From Protoeuglena noctilucae (Eukaryota): a stretch of 64,000 bases of DNA. The notes under the pieces are model-generated. The model was not told the DNA's origin. It saw nothing but the letters and a program-made list of their open reading frames with translations, and did no database searches. Of the stretch, positions 15,349 through 26,610 are shown in pieces. The position numbers and the translations under genes were made by a program. Numbering within the stretch: position 1 is the first letter of the stretch; the number at the start of each line of letters is the position of its first letter. The DNA lies in the NCBI GenBank assembly GCA_958009085.1, contig OY253674.1, forward strand, positions 682,001 through 746,000, given 5' to 3'.

Positions 15349-17431
15349 CGAGTTGGCGAGGGGGTGCGGTTGGGTGTTTTGCGTGCATTCGCGACGGCTG
15401 ATGCGGTCGCATATCCCCTGGCAGGCGCCAGGCGGCAGCACGACGCGCTCGAGTTCTGCTGGTCGGGACAAGCCTGGCCGGAGCCGGAGCCTGAGAGGGG
15501 CCGCGGGCGGGGGGTCCACGCGATGCGCGCGCAGCCGCAGGGGCGTGGGGCGCGCTGTGGCGGCAAGGGCGGGCGCCTCACGGGGAGGGTGCCGGCGCTC
15601 GGGACACCAAGGGCTTCTGCGCACCCACGCTCCATCTCTCGCATGCCTCGCAGGTTCTCGGACGCACACTCGACAGCTTTACCCACACGCCTGCTCCACA
15701 CCTGCCCCGCAGCCGGCCATGCCACCCCACCCCAATCCGCATTACTCCCACATCCACCCGACCGCATTGCTCCCACCAGGTCCCTAAGCCAGCCCACTGC
15801 CTTCCTATGACACACACTTTTCACCCCCCACATCACACTGCACACGCACCCTGCCCCAGCAGCACTCACCCGCATGCCACGCCTCCCCGTCCATGCCCGC
15901 AGCTAACAGGTAGATGCCTCTTCCAACCAGACCACACACACCGTCTAACTCTCTGCACGCACCCTCGTCACTCATCTCACGATCTCGCCGCTCAGCACCA
16001 CTCTTGCCCACTCACCGCGCATCACCACTGACATACACACGTTCACCTCTCAGCCCCCTCTTCTCTTCCACATGGACCCCCACATAAACCACCTTCCTGC
16101 TCAGCACGCATCATCTCCCACCCCTCCTCCTGCCAGCCCCACGCCACACCCTTCTCACGGACCACGCCCCCCCACACACCTCACCTCACACGCCCAACCA
16201 GACTCGCCCTTTTCGCAAGCCCTCCTGCCCCACGCACTCCCCCCCTAGCTGCACAGGTAAGGCTCAGCACCCTCTCCTCACAGCTAATGCCCAGGTGAGC
16301 ACTCGCACCCCTCAGCGCATCACTCCCCACGCACCAAGCACCACACACCGATCCAGCACAGCATCTGCACCTGCTGATCTCCCCCAATCACGCACAGACC
16401 TCCTCGCATCCTCCCACGACCACCCTCTTTGCCAGCCGCAGGTCAGGACCCACACCGACACTCATCCTCCGTCACGCACACCGTCACCTCTCCCCGACCG
16501 CAGACCTGGACGGACGCGCACACGCACCCTTGCCTCACCCCTAGCCCTTTGCAGCCATGCCTCGCAGGCCCTTGGTGTCCCACAGCCGCCAGCGCTCACC
16601 CGTGGGGCGTCTGCTCCGTCGCCGTTGCGGCGCGCCCCGCACATCCACGGTACTGCGCGTGCCGCGTGGCCTCCCCGCCCGTGGTCCTTCAGGGGCTCTG
16701 GCGCTGGTCGGGTGGGTCCGCGTGGGGGTCGTCAGCGCGTCGCCTGTGCTCCAGCCAACGTGAGAGACCAGCCCCGCTGCGGGGGGCTGGCAAAGGGTGC
16801 GACGGGGGACAAACGTCGGGGCTGAGCTGGCAGCAACGGGTTGATGGGCTCAGGCAGTGGCAGAGAGACGTGGCGCCCGTGGGGTGGAACGCCGGGGATG
16901 TCGTGGGAACACCCGGCAGTGGCGCAGAACGGACCAGGCGCCACAGGATCAGAGAGCGGCGTGGCTGCGACGAGGCGGGGAGAGTGGGGGCGCAAGCGGG
17001 CCGGAGGGCCTGTCTTTGGGAGTCTGCTGAGGAGGCCCTGCAGGAGAGCAACGGATGGCGAGGGGTGCTGGCGCCCGGCATGGTGGCGCTGGCGGGGGCG
17101 ACCCCTCGCACGACAAACAGCAGGGCAGCGGGCTTTTGGGGGCGGGCGCGATGGCAGCGCGGCAAGAGCGAGCGGCGGCGGCGAGAGTAACACAAGGGGC
17201 ATCGAATGGTGTGGGTGGGCATGGGCTGAGCGACACAGGGGTGTCGGGTGTTTGGGGGGGCGACGGGGGCGCGAGGCAGGCCACGGTTATCAGGGCGCGC
17301 GGGTGCGCGTGAGCGGGGGGCAGGCCTTGGTTATCAGGCGCGCGGGTGCGCGGAGCGGGAGGTGGGCCAAGGTCGTCAGCGTTAAAGGGCCAGGGTCGCC
17401 ACAGCGTCGGTTGAAGGTCGTCAGCGCATTT

Positions 17432-17597
17432 GGCCAAGGTCGTCAGCGTGATAGGCCAAGGTCGTCAGCGTGATGGGCCAAGGTCATCAGCGTGATGGGC
17501 CAAGGTCGTCAGCGTGATGGGCCAAGGTCGTCAGCGAATGGGCCAAGGTCGTCAGCGTGATGGGCCTAGGTCGTCAGCGTGATAGGCCAAGGTCATC
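17432..17597. repeat. 22-bp minisatellite (GGCCAAGGTCGTCAGCGTGATR), 7 full units plus a partial
   Basis: Direct tandem units start at 17432, 17454, 17476, 17498, 17520 (21 bp), 17541 and 17563. Degenerate copies lie near 17365 and 17415. Confidence 0.95.
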
Positions 17598-18392
17598 TGG
17601 GCGTGTGGGGGCGAGGAGTTGAGGGACGGGCCAAGGCCGACGGACGCGGAAGAGGACGGGCCAAGGGCCAAGGTCGACGTGCGGGAGCGAGGAGCGGGGT
17701 CGCGTCGTGGGTCTCTGGGCACACGGCCGAGTGGGTCGTGCCGGCGCACGCACCCGGAGCGGGGCGGTCTGGGGCGGTCCACATGAGAGGCAGCCGGCCC
17801 TCAGGGGCGCAGCGTGGGCGAGCGGGGCGCCCAGGGGCAACGCTGCGCCCCCCAAGGAACGCCGTCTGCGTTCGGACCGGCCCCACCGCCCTCGCGTCCG
17901 GGCCAGCGTCGCCGGGTGGGCGAGCCAGCCGGGCCGCCTGAGGAGGATAGGAGGAGGGTAGGGAGCGGGGGATGTCATGATTGGCCGCACATAAGCTACA
18001 CAGATCGTCATTAGCCTCGGCCTCACCTTTTGTAATAGACGCCCGGGGGTCTCCACGGAGGGCCCCCGCGGCTGCATCGTCCCACTCTGGGACGGCGATT
18101 CTGCCTTAGGGCGCAGCGAGGGGGCTAGGGGTGCAAGAACCCGGGGTGGGCGACCCCTTTGCCTTCGGGTGGGGCGACCTAGCGGGGGCGGGCCACGTGC
18201 CATATGCACTGCAACGATGGAAACCCCGGGGTGTCAGCTGCCCCGGGGGACGGCACCTCTGCCGCAAGGCGTGGCTCTGCGAGTCACAGCACCCTTCGTC
18301 CTTTCAATCATCATCATGAGCGCCAACCGCGCACGCACTTCCGCATTCACTGCCACACACAAACCCAGCCCCTTGGCCTAGGGCACTTTCTA

Positions 18393-18428
18393 TGATGATG
18401 AACGATTCAACAGTCGAGGGGTGCTATC
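18393..18428 (-). mobile_element. ~36-bp extreme 3' fragment of the (CAT)n-tailed element, minus orientation
   Basis: The reverse complement matches 15313-15348 with one mismatch. Flanked by AGGGCACTTTCTA at 18380-18392 and 18429-18441. Confidence 0.8.
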
Positions 18429-18575
18429 AGGGCACTTTCTAGGGCACTTTCGCCAGCGACGCGAGCATATGTGCGGCAGCCAGCGTCTCCCTGCGGGCCG
18501 TGAAACAGCAGGCATTCGATGCTGAACGGCGCCAGAGGCACGCAGCCGCACCGCGAAACCACCTGGCACTGCGGC

Positions 18576-21000
18576 TCACCTCTCTGGCCGCACGGTGCCT
18601 GCCTTGGGAGGCGACGCGTCCCCCGATGCCCGTGGCTGTGCTGCTGGCTGCGGCTGCCCCTGCTCGCCACCTGGCAGCTCCTGGGGCTGCGCAGCGACCT
18701 CCTCCTGCGGCTGCGGCCCCTGCCCGGCCGAAGCGCTCCTGCCATCCACGGGCTGCGGCCCTGGCTGCGCGGGCCCCGCTTGCCCCTGCCCCTGCCCATG
18801 CTCGCGCCCGTCCCCGGCACCCCACGCCTCCCCCAGTGGCCCCCTCGCGGGGGCGGCTGCCGGCGTCGGGGCAGGCGCAGCGGCGTCCACCGCAGGTGCA
18901 GCGTCGCTGGCAGGGACCGCGGTGGGGGCCACGGCGGGCAGGGGGGCAGGCCCGGGCTGCGGAAAGGTGCCCAGCCCTGCTGTGCCCATCTGCCCGGCCC
19001 CGAGTGATATTGGCCCGACCCCAGAGGCGGTGGCAGGCGAGGGGGCGGACGTCGGGAGGGGCATGGGCGTCATGATGCCGAGCGTCACGGGCAGCGGGGG
19101 TGCCGCGGCCACGCTGGGTCCCGACGTCATCATGGGAAGCGGGGCCGGACCCGAGGAAGCCAGGCCCGGGAGGGGGAGGGTCGACGGTAGGGGCAGGGCG
19201 AGGCCCGGCAGGGGCAGGCTGCCTGCATCCAGCAGCCCGCCCCCGAACGGCAGCGGCTGCATCGGGAGCGTCCCCATCGGCAGCATCTGCGGGCGCGACG
19301 CGGCAGGGCACGGCGCTTTGTCAACATTCCACGTGCGGCCACCCAAGCTCCGCCTCCCATCGTGGTCACCATGGGGAGCGAGCCGAGGAGTTGCGAGGAC
19401 GACAGCTGCAATTGGGGTAGGTTCAAGGGCGGCAGGAGAGATGGGAGGCCCTCGGGCGCTTGCAGGCCCCCCAAGGGGTCGTGCCGTCCGCGCTTGCCGC
19501 CCCCGCCCGCCCCGGCGCCCCGGGAGCGCTTGGTCGTGACCAGCCCCTGCTGCCTGCGCTGGTACCACTTCTCCTCCTGCGACCGACGGCGAGAACAGGC
19601 GCCGTTTGTTGCGATGGGGAGACACAGTCCTGACCCAGCTGCAGGCTCCTTACGCATCCCGTCCCTGGGGTGCGGTGTCCAACACACCACCTCTCCAGCG
19701 CATGGCTGGCTGCCCGCATCACGCGACGTGCGCGTTCCCATCTACACGGCCCTCCATCCTTGCCCGCGCAGGCAAACTCTGCCCCTCTCCCAGCAACCCC
19801 GCCATGCACTGCGACTGAAGTCACGTTGCCCATCCCCAGCACCCCCCAGCAGCCTCGCCTTGAACTGCCGCCTGGTCATGTTGCCCATCTCGTCCGTCTC
19901 CGGTCCCCGCACTGCGTTGGAGAAGTCCGCGAACGCCTGCATGCGGTCCGACCCCTTGCCCACGCGCACCCGGAGCCACTTCTCAATCGCCACCATGTAG
20001 TCGTTCATGATGCGCGTGACCTCCTCCTTGACCTTGCGGAAGACGTCCCCGCCCTGATCCTTGTTCTGCGCAGCCACGTGGAGTGCATTGATGACGTGCC
20101 AAAGGGACGCAGCAGAGTGGCACGCGTCGGCATGTGCCCCGATCAGCGCGAGTTGTATGTCACTCATGCAGCCGCTGGCCCGGTCAAGGAGCGGTGATAT
20201 GAGATACTCTCGTAGCCAACAAGGTTGTTCGTGATCTCAGCCCTTAGCTTGGCATGCCGTGCACAGCCACACTGCCCCGCACCGCCCCGCCGCTCACTTT
20301 GAACGCGGTGCCCAGCTGCGCCGTCTTCCCCAGCACCTCCGCGACGCGCTCCTGCAGGCGACTCTTGATGGCCTCCGGGGTCAGGTCTTGGAAGTCGGGG
20401 TTGTCTCGGCTCAGGTCCTCGCACACCCGGTGCAGGTGTTTCTGGCGGCTGCCCATGGACAGGGCGCCCTCCATGTTGACCCTGCGCGAACAGGCCAGGG
20501 AACCACGCGGTAATCCTCCCCCGGCCTCCCGTCCACCCGACCCATGCAGCGGGTCGCGGCATCGGCACTGCACAGGCGTCGTCGGTCGCGTCCCTAACTG
20601 CAGCGGCTGCACTCGCCTCTCGCCCCCCAGCGGCTCCAGCGCGCACGTGATGGTCTTGAGGATGCTCTCGAATATGTGAGACTGGATGCCCTTGCCCAGT
20701 CCCTGCTGCACCTTGTCATACGAGGGGAGCGCCAGGTCCGCGTACTTGGTCACGATGCCCCGCGTCTGCGTGTCGTTGCGACGCAGCGAGAAGACGTCGT
20801 GACGCCCCCGCGCCTCCCCCGCCCCGCTCAGCGGCCCCGGCTCCTCCCCGTCGATCCCCTGGCCCTCCCGGGGCACGCCCAGCCCCGCCCCTTCCTCCCA
20901 AGCCCCCGCGTCCACAGCCGGCACAGCCGGCAGCTCAGCTTGCCCGTCCCCGGCGACAACCCCTTCTGCGACCTCCCCGCCGAACCTCTCAAACGCTTCC
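18576..21000 (-). CDS. Helical domain plus Pro/Leu/Gln-rich low-complexity tail; probably the 3' exons of the pseudokinase gene
   Basis: There is no ATG of its own. The acceptor TTGCAG at 21001 is in phase with a GC donor at 21110, giving ATPEELR|EAFERFGG. Coding-like exons follow (KYADLALPSYDKVQ, DIQLALIGAHAD, EEKWYQRRQQ, MLPMGTLPMQP). One junction near 20200-20300 is unresolved. Confidence 0.55.
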
Positions 21001-22426
21001 CTGCAACCAAACGCACACGCACGCTGACACGACAGACCAATCCGACAAGCGAGCCCCTGCGTTGCTTGCTGTCCCCCACTTAGTATTTTTGAATAACAAT
21101 AACCTCTCGCCTGAGCTCCTCGGGCGTCGCTCGCTCGGCCTGGTTCTTCCGGAAGCACTTCAACAGCACCTCCCGGATGCCCTGCGGCAGGGCCTCGGGC
21201 ACCTCCGGGGGCCGCCCGTTGACGTACACCTCCTTGGCGATCTCCATAACCTGAGGAAAGTCACAGCTGAGCAACTCACGACGCTGGGGTGTCGCACACG
21301 ACCGCAGCCATCCATTCATTCGTGAGCCTGCCAGCGGCCAGCCCCCGACGGTCCCCAAGTTGGGAGCCAACCATGTCGGGACCGCGCAGGCTCGATTGCG
21401 GCACTCGCCTTGTCCTGGAACTGCGCGAAGGGCGGCTTCCCGGTGACGCAGTGGCACAGGACTGCCGCTCCCGCCCAAATGTCCGCCTCCACCCCTGGGC
21501 TCCCATTCGAGTCCCACTGCTCCGGCGACATGTAGTTGGGGCTCGAGTACGCCGCAGCGCCTGCGGGCGCGACAATAACGCGCGTGTCGGCGTGCAGGTG
21601 TCCCATGCATGCCAGCCTAGTACGGCGGGGTGGGACTGCGCCCTCCCCGCGTCCATGGATAACACCGCACCTCCCGCGCCATTGCCATCGTCGGGTAAGA
21701 TCCTCGAGACCCCGAACCCGCAAATGCGGACGTTCAGGTCCTCATCGACGAGAAAGTTGGACGGGGTGAGGTTGAGGTGCGCCACGCGGTGCCCCCGGAG
21801 CTGCCCGAGGGCCGTCGCGAGGCTCGGTCCGATCTTCTGGCAGATATCTCGCAAGGTTAGCCGCTGCGACGGGCAGAGGAAGGCCGGCGGGGCTTGGGTC
21901 GCTCGCACGAGGAGACGGTCGTGGACTGCACTGTGCTGCAGAGCCGCGGAAGCTGCGCACGGGGCCCCCGAGGCGCGTGAGTAATCTTCACATCAAGAAA
22001 TGCTTCAGGCGACATACCTTGCTGTCGATGGCCTCCTGCAGGCTCCGGGGGAGGCGCTCGAAAACCAGTGACGCCTTGCCGCCCTCCGTCGCGACGGCCA
22101 GCAGACGCACGACGTTCTTGCAACCCGCAAGACGCACGAGGACGTCGTACTCGCCCTTCCAGGTGTCCATGCCTGCATGGACGGCGCGAAACCCCCGCAT
22201 CAAGCGTGCCTGGAGTGAGAGTCCATCCAGCGCCGCGCGTGCGACGAGCGGCACAGCGCTGCTCACCAGATATGGACTCCCCGTTGATGACCTTCACCGC
22301 CACGTTCCGGCCGTCCCAGGTCCCTTCGTACACCTTGCTTCTCACGGCGGCCACTTCCGCGCCCAGAACCAAGGCCTCCTGAGGGATCCGTGGGACGCCC
22401 GCAGGGCTAGCTCCCTTCCCCTCCAT
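21001..22426 (-). CDS. Protein kinase-fold domain, KEG/KOC1-like, predicted pseudokinase
   Basis: Motifs VYEGTWDGRNVAVK, KNVVRLL, HLNLTPSNFLVD, ICGFG, SPNYMSPEQW, ADIW, VTGKPPF and KCFRKNQAERAT. Confidence 0.88.
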
Positions 22427-22778
22427 CGACCCCTCCCTAGCTGCCTCCCCGTTTGCCTGCCAAAGGCCCTCGATTCCCCCCCGGCGCTTGCTCGGGCCCA
22501 GAAATGGGACAACCAACCAGGCACGTGTCCAATCGATGCAGGGATTCCGATGCGCGGCTCATGCGCCGTCTTTTGCGCCACATGAGCTGGGCCAGCGAGT
22601 CTTGGCTGCGCGCCTGAACGCCAGCAGTAAGAAACGGTCGCCAGTGCTTGTGCTGCAGCCGGAAATTCGTGACCCAGCCCAGCTGGGCCCGTCCCACGTC
22701 TCAGAATCCAGTGCGCGTGGGCTTCACGGGCCAGACGCCAGCCTCAGCGCTGCAAATGAGGCGGCCGGCGCGCGCGCG

Positions 22779-25107
22779 ATGGATTTTCTCAAACGTCGCC
22801 CTTTGCAAGCCACGACTGGCAGCCGCATCGGCCGTTCTAGAGAGACACGCTATCCATCGTCTGCGTCGCCGGGTGAGGGCGTGTCCTGTGCTGTGCTGTG
22901 CATGCGGCAGGCGTCCGTGCGAAGGGGCACGACGCCGTCAACGCTCGTGGGCCGCGATGGACGCAGGCGATAGCCGGTCTCTCTAGGAGGACGCAGAAGA
23001 AGGCGCCTAATTCACGCGGCAGCTCGGAGAGTGGCAGTTATGTGGACGAGGAGGCGGCATATGCCGAGGCAAGCGGGCGCTGCAATGCATGGGTGTTAAC
23101 CGGCGGCCAGGCTCCCATGCTGGCGTGTCAAGCAGCAGTGCGTGAGCTCGTGGTCAGCTGGTCGCAGGGAGGGATCCTTGGCACGGGCATGGCGCTCTCC
23201 GACGATGACGGCGACGCGAGCCGGGTAGGTCGCCGCACTCTGGCTTGGTTGTGGGGATCTTGGAAGCATCCATCTAGAGCCGCTCGACCTAGCATGACGC
23301 CCATTGACCGCAGCCTGGCCTGACGGACCTCCTGACGATCGGGTCGAACGGTCACGGGTACGTGAGGGGTGACCACGGCGAGGTGCCGCTTCTTGCATAT
23401 GCCGGCAGCCGGAAGGTCTTTGGGTCTGATAACAGCGAAAGCGAGGAAGAGACCACGCGCCCTTCCATTACGGAGCAGCCGGGACCCAGTGTGCTGCCGC
23501 CCATCCCGTCCCTGCCATCCATGCCGGCCATGCCGATGGCCTTTGGGAGCGGGGCCTTTCCGCGGCCCACGGCGTCTGTCCGCGACGTGCCGTCCCGTGC
23601 TCATGGTTTTTCAATTGTCACCCCCACCGGGGACCCGACGGCCTCTCTCAGGTGCGCAGCCTGCGAGGGCAGGGTCGACAGGCGCACCAATGCGTGTCGT
23701 GGCACAACGCACCCCTGAGCTCGATTCCTGGACCGTTGTGTACTTGGCCATTTGCAGCAAGCGCGAGAGGCGGCGCTTGGAGAGGGAGGTCTTGCGGCTG
23801 GTGCCTGACGGCGACGCCGGTCTTGGGGAGGGGCGTCGTGGGGTGCGCAAGCGGTTTGTGGGTGAGGATGAGGGTGGGGAGGCGATGGATGACGATGGAG
23901 GGGATGAGGGCGCGCGGGCGGGGTCGGAGGAGGGGCATGTGGTGGGGGCGGGGTACGTGGTGGGGGAGGAGGAGTGGGACAGCGGGGATGAGGAGAGTGG
24001 AAGCGACGGCAGCGAGGACGGGAGCGAGGGGATGTCTGGGCTGTCGGAGGAGGAGAATGGGCTCGACGTGGCGTGGCCGACGCTGCCGGGCGAGATGCGC
24101 ATCGAGGATGGGATTGCGGAGGCAGCTGCAACGACGCGTGACGGGGGGTCACTGTCAGTGAGCATGGAGGCAAGTGGCGCGAACGCCGAGCTGCTGCGGA
24201 GCGCGTCGCGGGGAGACGTGGGGGGGATCGAGGCGGCGCTGTCTCAAGGGGCTGACGTGGGGTGCTGGGAGGAGGAGTTGGGGCGCACTCCTCTGGCGTT
24301 GGCTTGCCAGGGGGGCCACGTGGCTGCGGTCGCGGCGCTGATTGAGCGAGGCGCTGATGCGTACGTGTTCGACAACGCAGCGCGGACCCCACTCATGTAT
24401 GCTGCCGAGGGGGGTCACGAGGCGGTGGTGGCGTTGCTGCTGGGGGCTCGTGTGCAGGCGGACGCCCATGCGCTGAGCCAGGACGGGGTGACGGCGCTCG
24501 GGCTCGCGGCGCGGGGAGGTCACCTCGGCTGCATGCGGCTGTTGCTGGCCAAGACGGACGTAGGCGGGGGCTTGCACACTGGCGGAGCAGACCCCAACCT
24601 GTGTGACGAGAAGACCGGCCACCACGCTCTGATCGACGCGGCGAGGTCGGGCAGCGCCGAGGCCGTGAGGTGCGGGCGAGGGCCACGGCAGAAATTTGCA
24701 GGGCATCATGGCACAACGCAGTTGTTGCCATGCATGCGGTGGGGTTTGTGGCACAGCGTGTCTTGACAGATCATGTGAATCCCCCTTGTCTGGCTCCGCG
24801 TCGCAGGCTGCTCCTCGCACATAGGGCCAAGGTGAACCGGGCAGACAAGAGGGGCGTGACGGCGATGTTTGTCGCGGCAGAGGAGGGGCACGCCGAAGCT
24901 CTGGGGGCCTTGCTGGACGCCTCGGGCGCCAAGGTTGACATATTCGAGTACACCACCCGCTGCACGCCGCTCATGGCCGCCGCCCGGCAGGGGCACTGGG
25001 AGTGCGTCACGCTGCTGCTGGGCCGGGGGGCAGACCCCCAGCTTCGCAATGCACAGGGGCTGACGGCCGCTGACCTGGCCATAAACACCTGTCGGGACTT
25101 GTTTTGA
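22779..25107 (+). CDS. Ankyrin-repeat protein with acidic, disordered N-terminal half
   Basis: Repeats GRTPLALACQGGHVAAVAALI, TPLMYAAEGGHEAVVALLL, TALGLAARGGHLGCMRLLL and TPLMAAARQGHWECVTLLL. The 5' exons are less certain. Confidence 0.88.
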
Positions 25108-25190
25108 AACGCCTATCAGGTCATGCTAGTCGCGGGCGACACGAGCGGGGAGGGGGCAGTCGAACGCATTTGGCGAAGAGGGTTGTCGGG

Positions 25191-26610
25191 CTACTGCACG
25201 GAGGACTCCCACACGTAGACAGGGTCCTTTTCCGGGATCGCGGGGCGCACGTGGGGGTTGATGGACCACGTGTACTTGCTGTGGGACCCACCGGGAGGGA
25301 AGAACTTCTTGTCGGTGATGGGCTTGCCCTCCTTGGGCCGCCTGGATTCTGGCATCTCGGCCTCCGGGATGAAGTCGCGGCCCACCTTGCTGCGGGCGCA
25401 CGGAGGGCGGGCGGGTCACTTGTGCAGGTTGCGCAGCCAGCCTGTCCCATGCATCAACACCGAGCATCAACTCCTGCTGCTGCTCTTGCCCCGCGCCGGC
25501 CGCCAGCGCGCAAGGTGCCCCACCTGATGACGGCGAACCGGCCTTTGGGAGAGGGGCTGGACGGTCGGAAGGGCTTCCTCTGGCCAGGCTCGGCGGGCCT
25601 GCGCTGGGCCTGGTGCGTCCCGAGCGGCACGTAGGTGTGGAGGCTGGCGTCAAAGTAATCCTTGGCCTTCCCACCGGACGAGAAGGCCTTCTTGATCTTG
25701 TTCCGGGCCTCGGCTCGCGCCTTGCGCGTCAGGGCCAGGCCAGGCTGCGGACGGGCGACGGAGCGACCCCATCAAAGTTGCCTGATACAGCTGCTACCCC
25801 GCCGGCGACCGGGATCGCTCAAGCGACCGCGCAGTGGGCGTGCAGGATGCCGCTGGAAGCGGGCCACACCTCGAAGTCGTCCCGCATGTACGCAGGGACC
25901 TTGCCCCCGATGGTCCTGTCCTGCGTCGGGAACCCGAACCCGCCCTTCTTGGCCGGACTCGTGTAAAAGTTCTTCAAGAGCTTGCCCTCCTTCTTGGGCT
26001 CCGCCGTCCCCATGATGCTCTTGGTCTGCAAAGGCACCAGCCCCACCGTGCCGTAGAGCGACCCCGCGCCAGCGGGCTTCTTCGTTGGACTCGTCGGCCT
26101 GCGGGCGGAGTCGTGTTCCGGAACGTCCCGTGGGGCACTCGCGACGACAGAGGGCGTGCGGCAGCGCAGACTGGCTGGGATGGGGCGGCCGTGAAGCGGC
26201 CGGGGAGCACACCGGAAGGGTGGCCGGCCCAGGGTCGGGGGCCCTGATCCCCGGGCGAGCTTCTTCTGTATCAGCCATGTGTCCACGAACTTGTCGTTCT
26301 CGTACAGAGAGCGGAAGGAGTGGTCCAACAGGACATCCGGGCCGTTCCCTGCGGGCCATGCAGCGGTGGAGACGTGGAAAGCGCCGCCAGAGGACGCATT
26401 CAGGCCATGCGGGTCCCTGGACGCAGCTCATGTTAGTAGACGTCCAGCCTCACCCGTCTTGGGGTGGTGGGCGAGGATTTGCTTGCCCTTGTGCCTGTCG
26501 GATGCCAACGGGTCCTTGTTGTTGTACGGGTCGTTGATGGAGATGAACGGAAGCTCGCTAAAGTACCCGTTTTTTGCCAGCGTGGCCCCCTTGTCCACCA
26601 AAGCGCTCAT
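25191..26610 (-). CDS. CFAP96: Cilia- and flagella-associated protein 96 (UPF0602/C4orf47-like)
   Basis: GYFSELPFISINDPY, PTKKPAGAGSLYGTVG and KNFYTSPAKKGGFGFP...TIG resemble conserved UPF0602 blocks. Confidence 0.8.

Larger units (their letters stand above)
15178..18317 (+). mobile_element. Longer related repeat element (~3.1 kb) sharing 5' and 3' modules with copy 1; 5' boundary uncertain
   Basis: 15183-15473 is near-identical to 14489-14671 apart from an 84-bp insertion. 18161-18230 matches 14991-15060. It ends in CAATCATCATCAT and has no convincing ORF. Confidence 0.5.

Noticed and set aside
17432..17597. Possible CRISPR array or tandem hammerhead ribozymes (CTGANGA on the minus strand of each unit)
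   Set aside because: There are no unique spacers or cas genes and the context is eukaryotic. No GAAA core or stems follow CTGANGA.
15313..18427. 36-bp inverted repeat pair suggesting a 3.1-kb TIR DNA transposon
   Set aside because: Each arm is the 3' tail of a separate insertion with its own TSD, and the left arm is part of a longer 84-bp insert. Two independent retro-insertions in opposite orientation explain it better.
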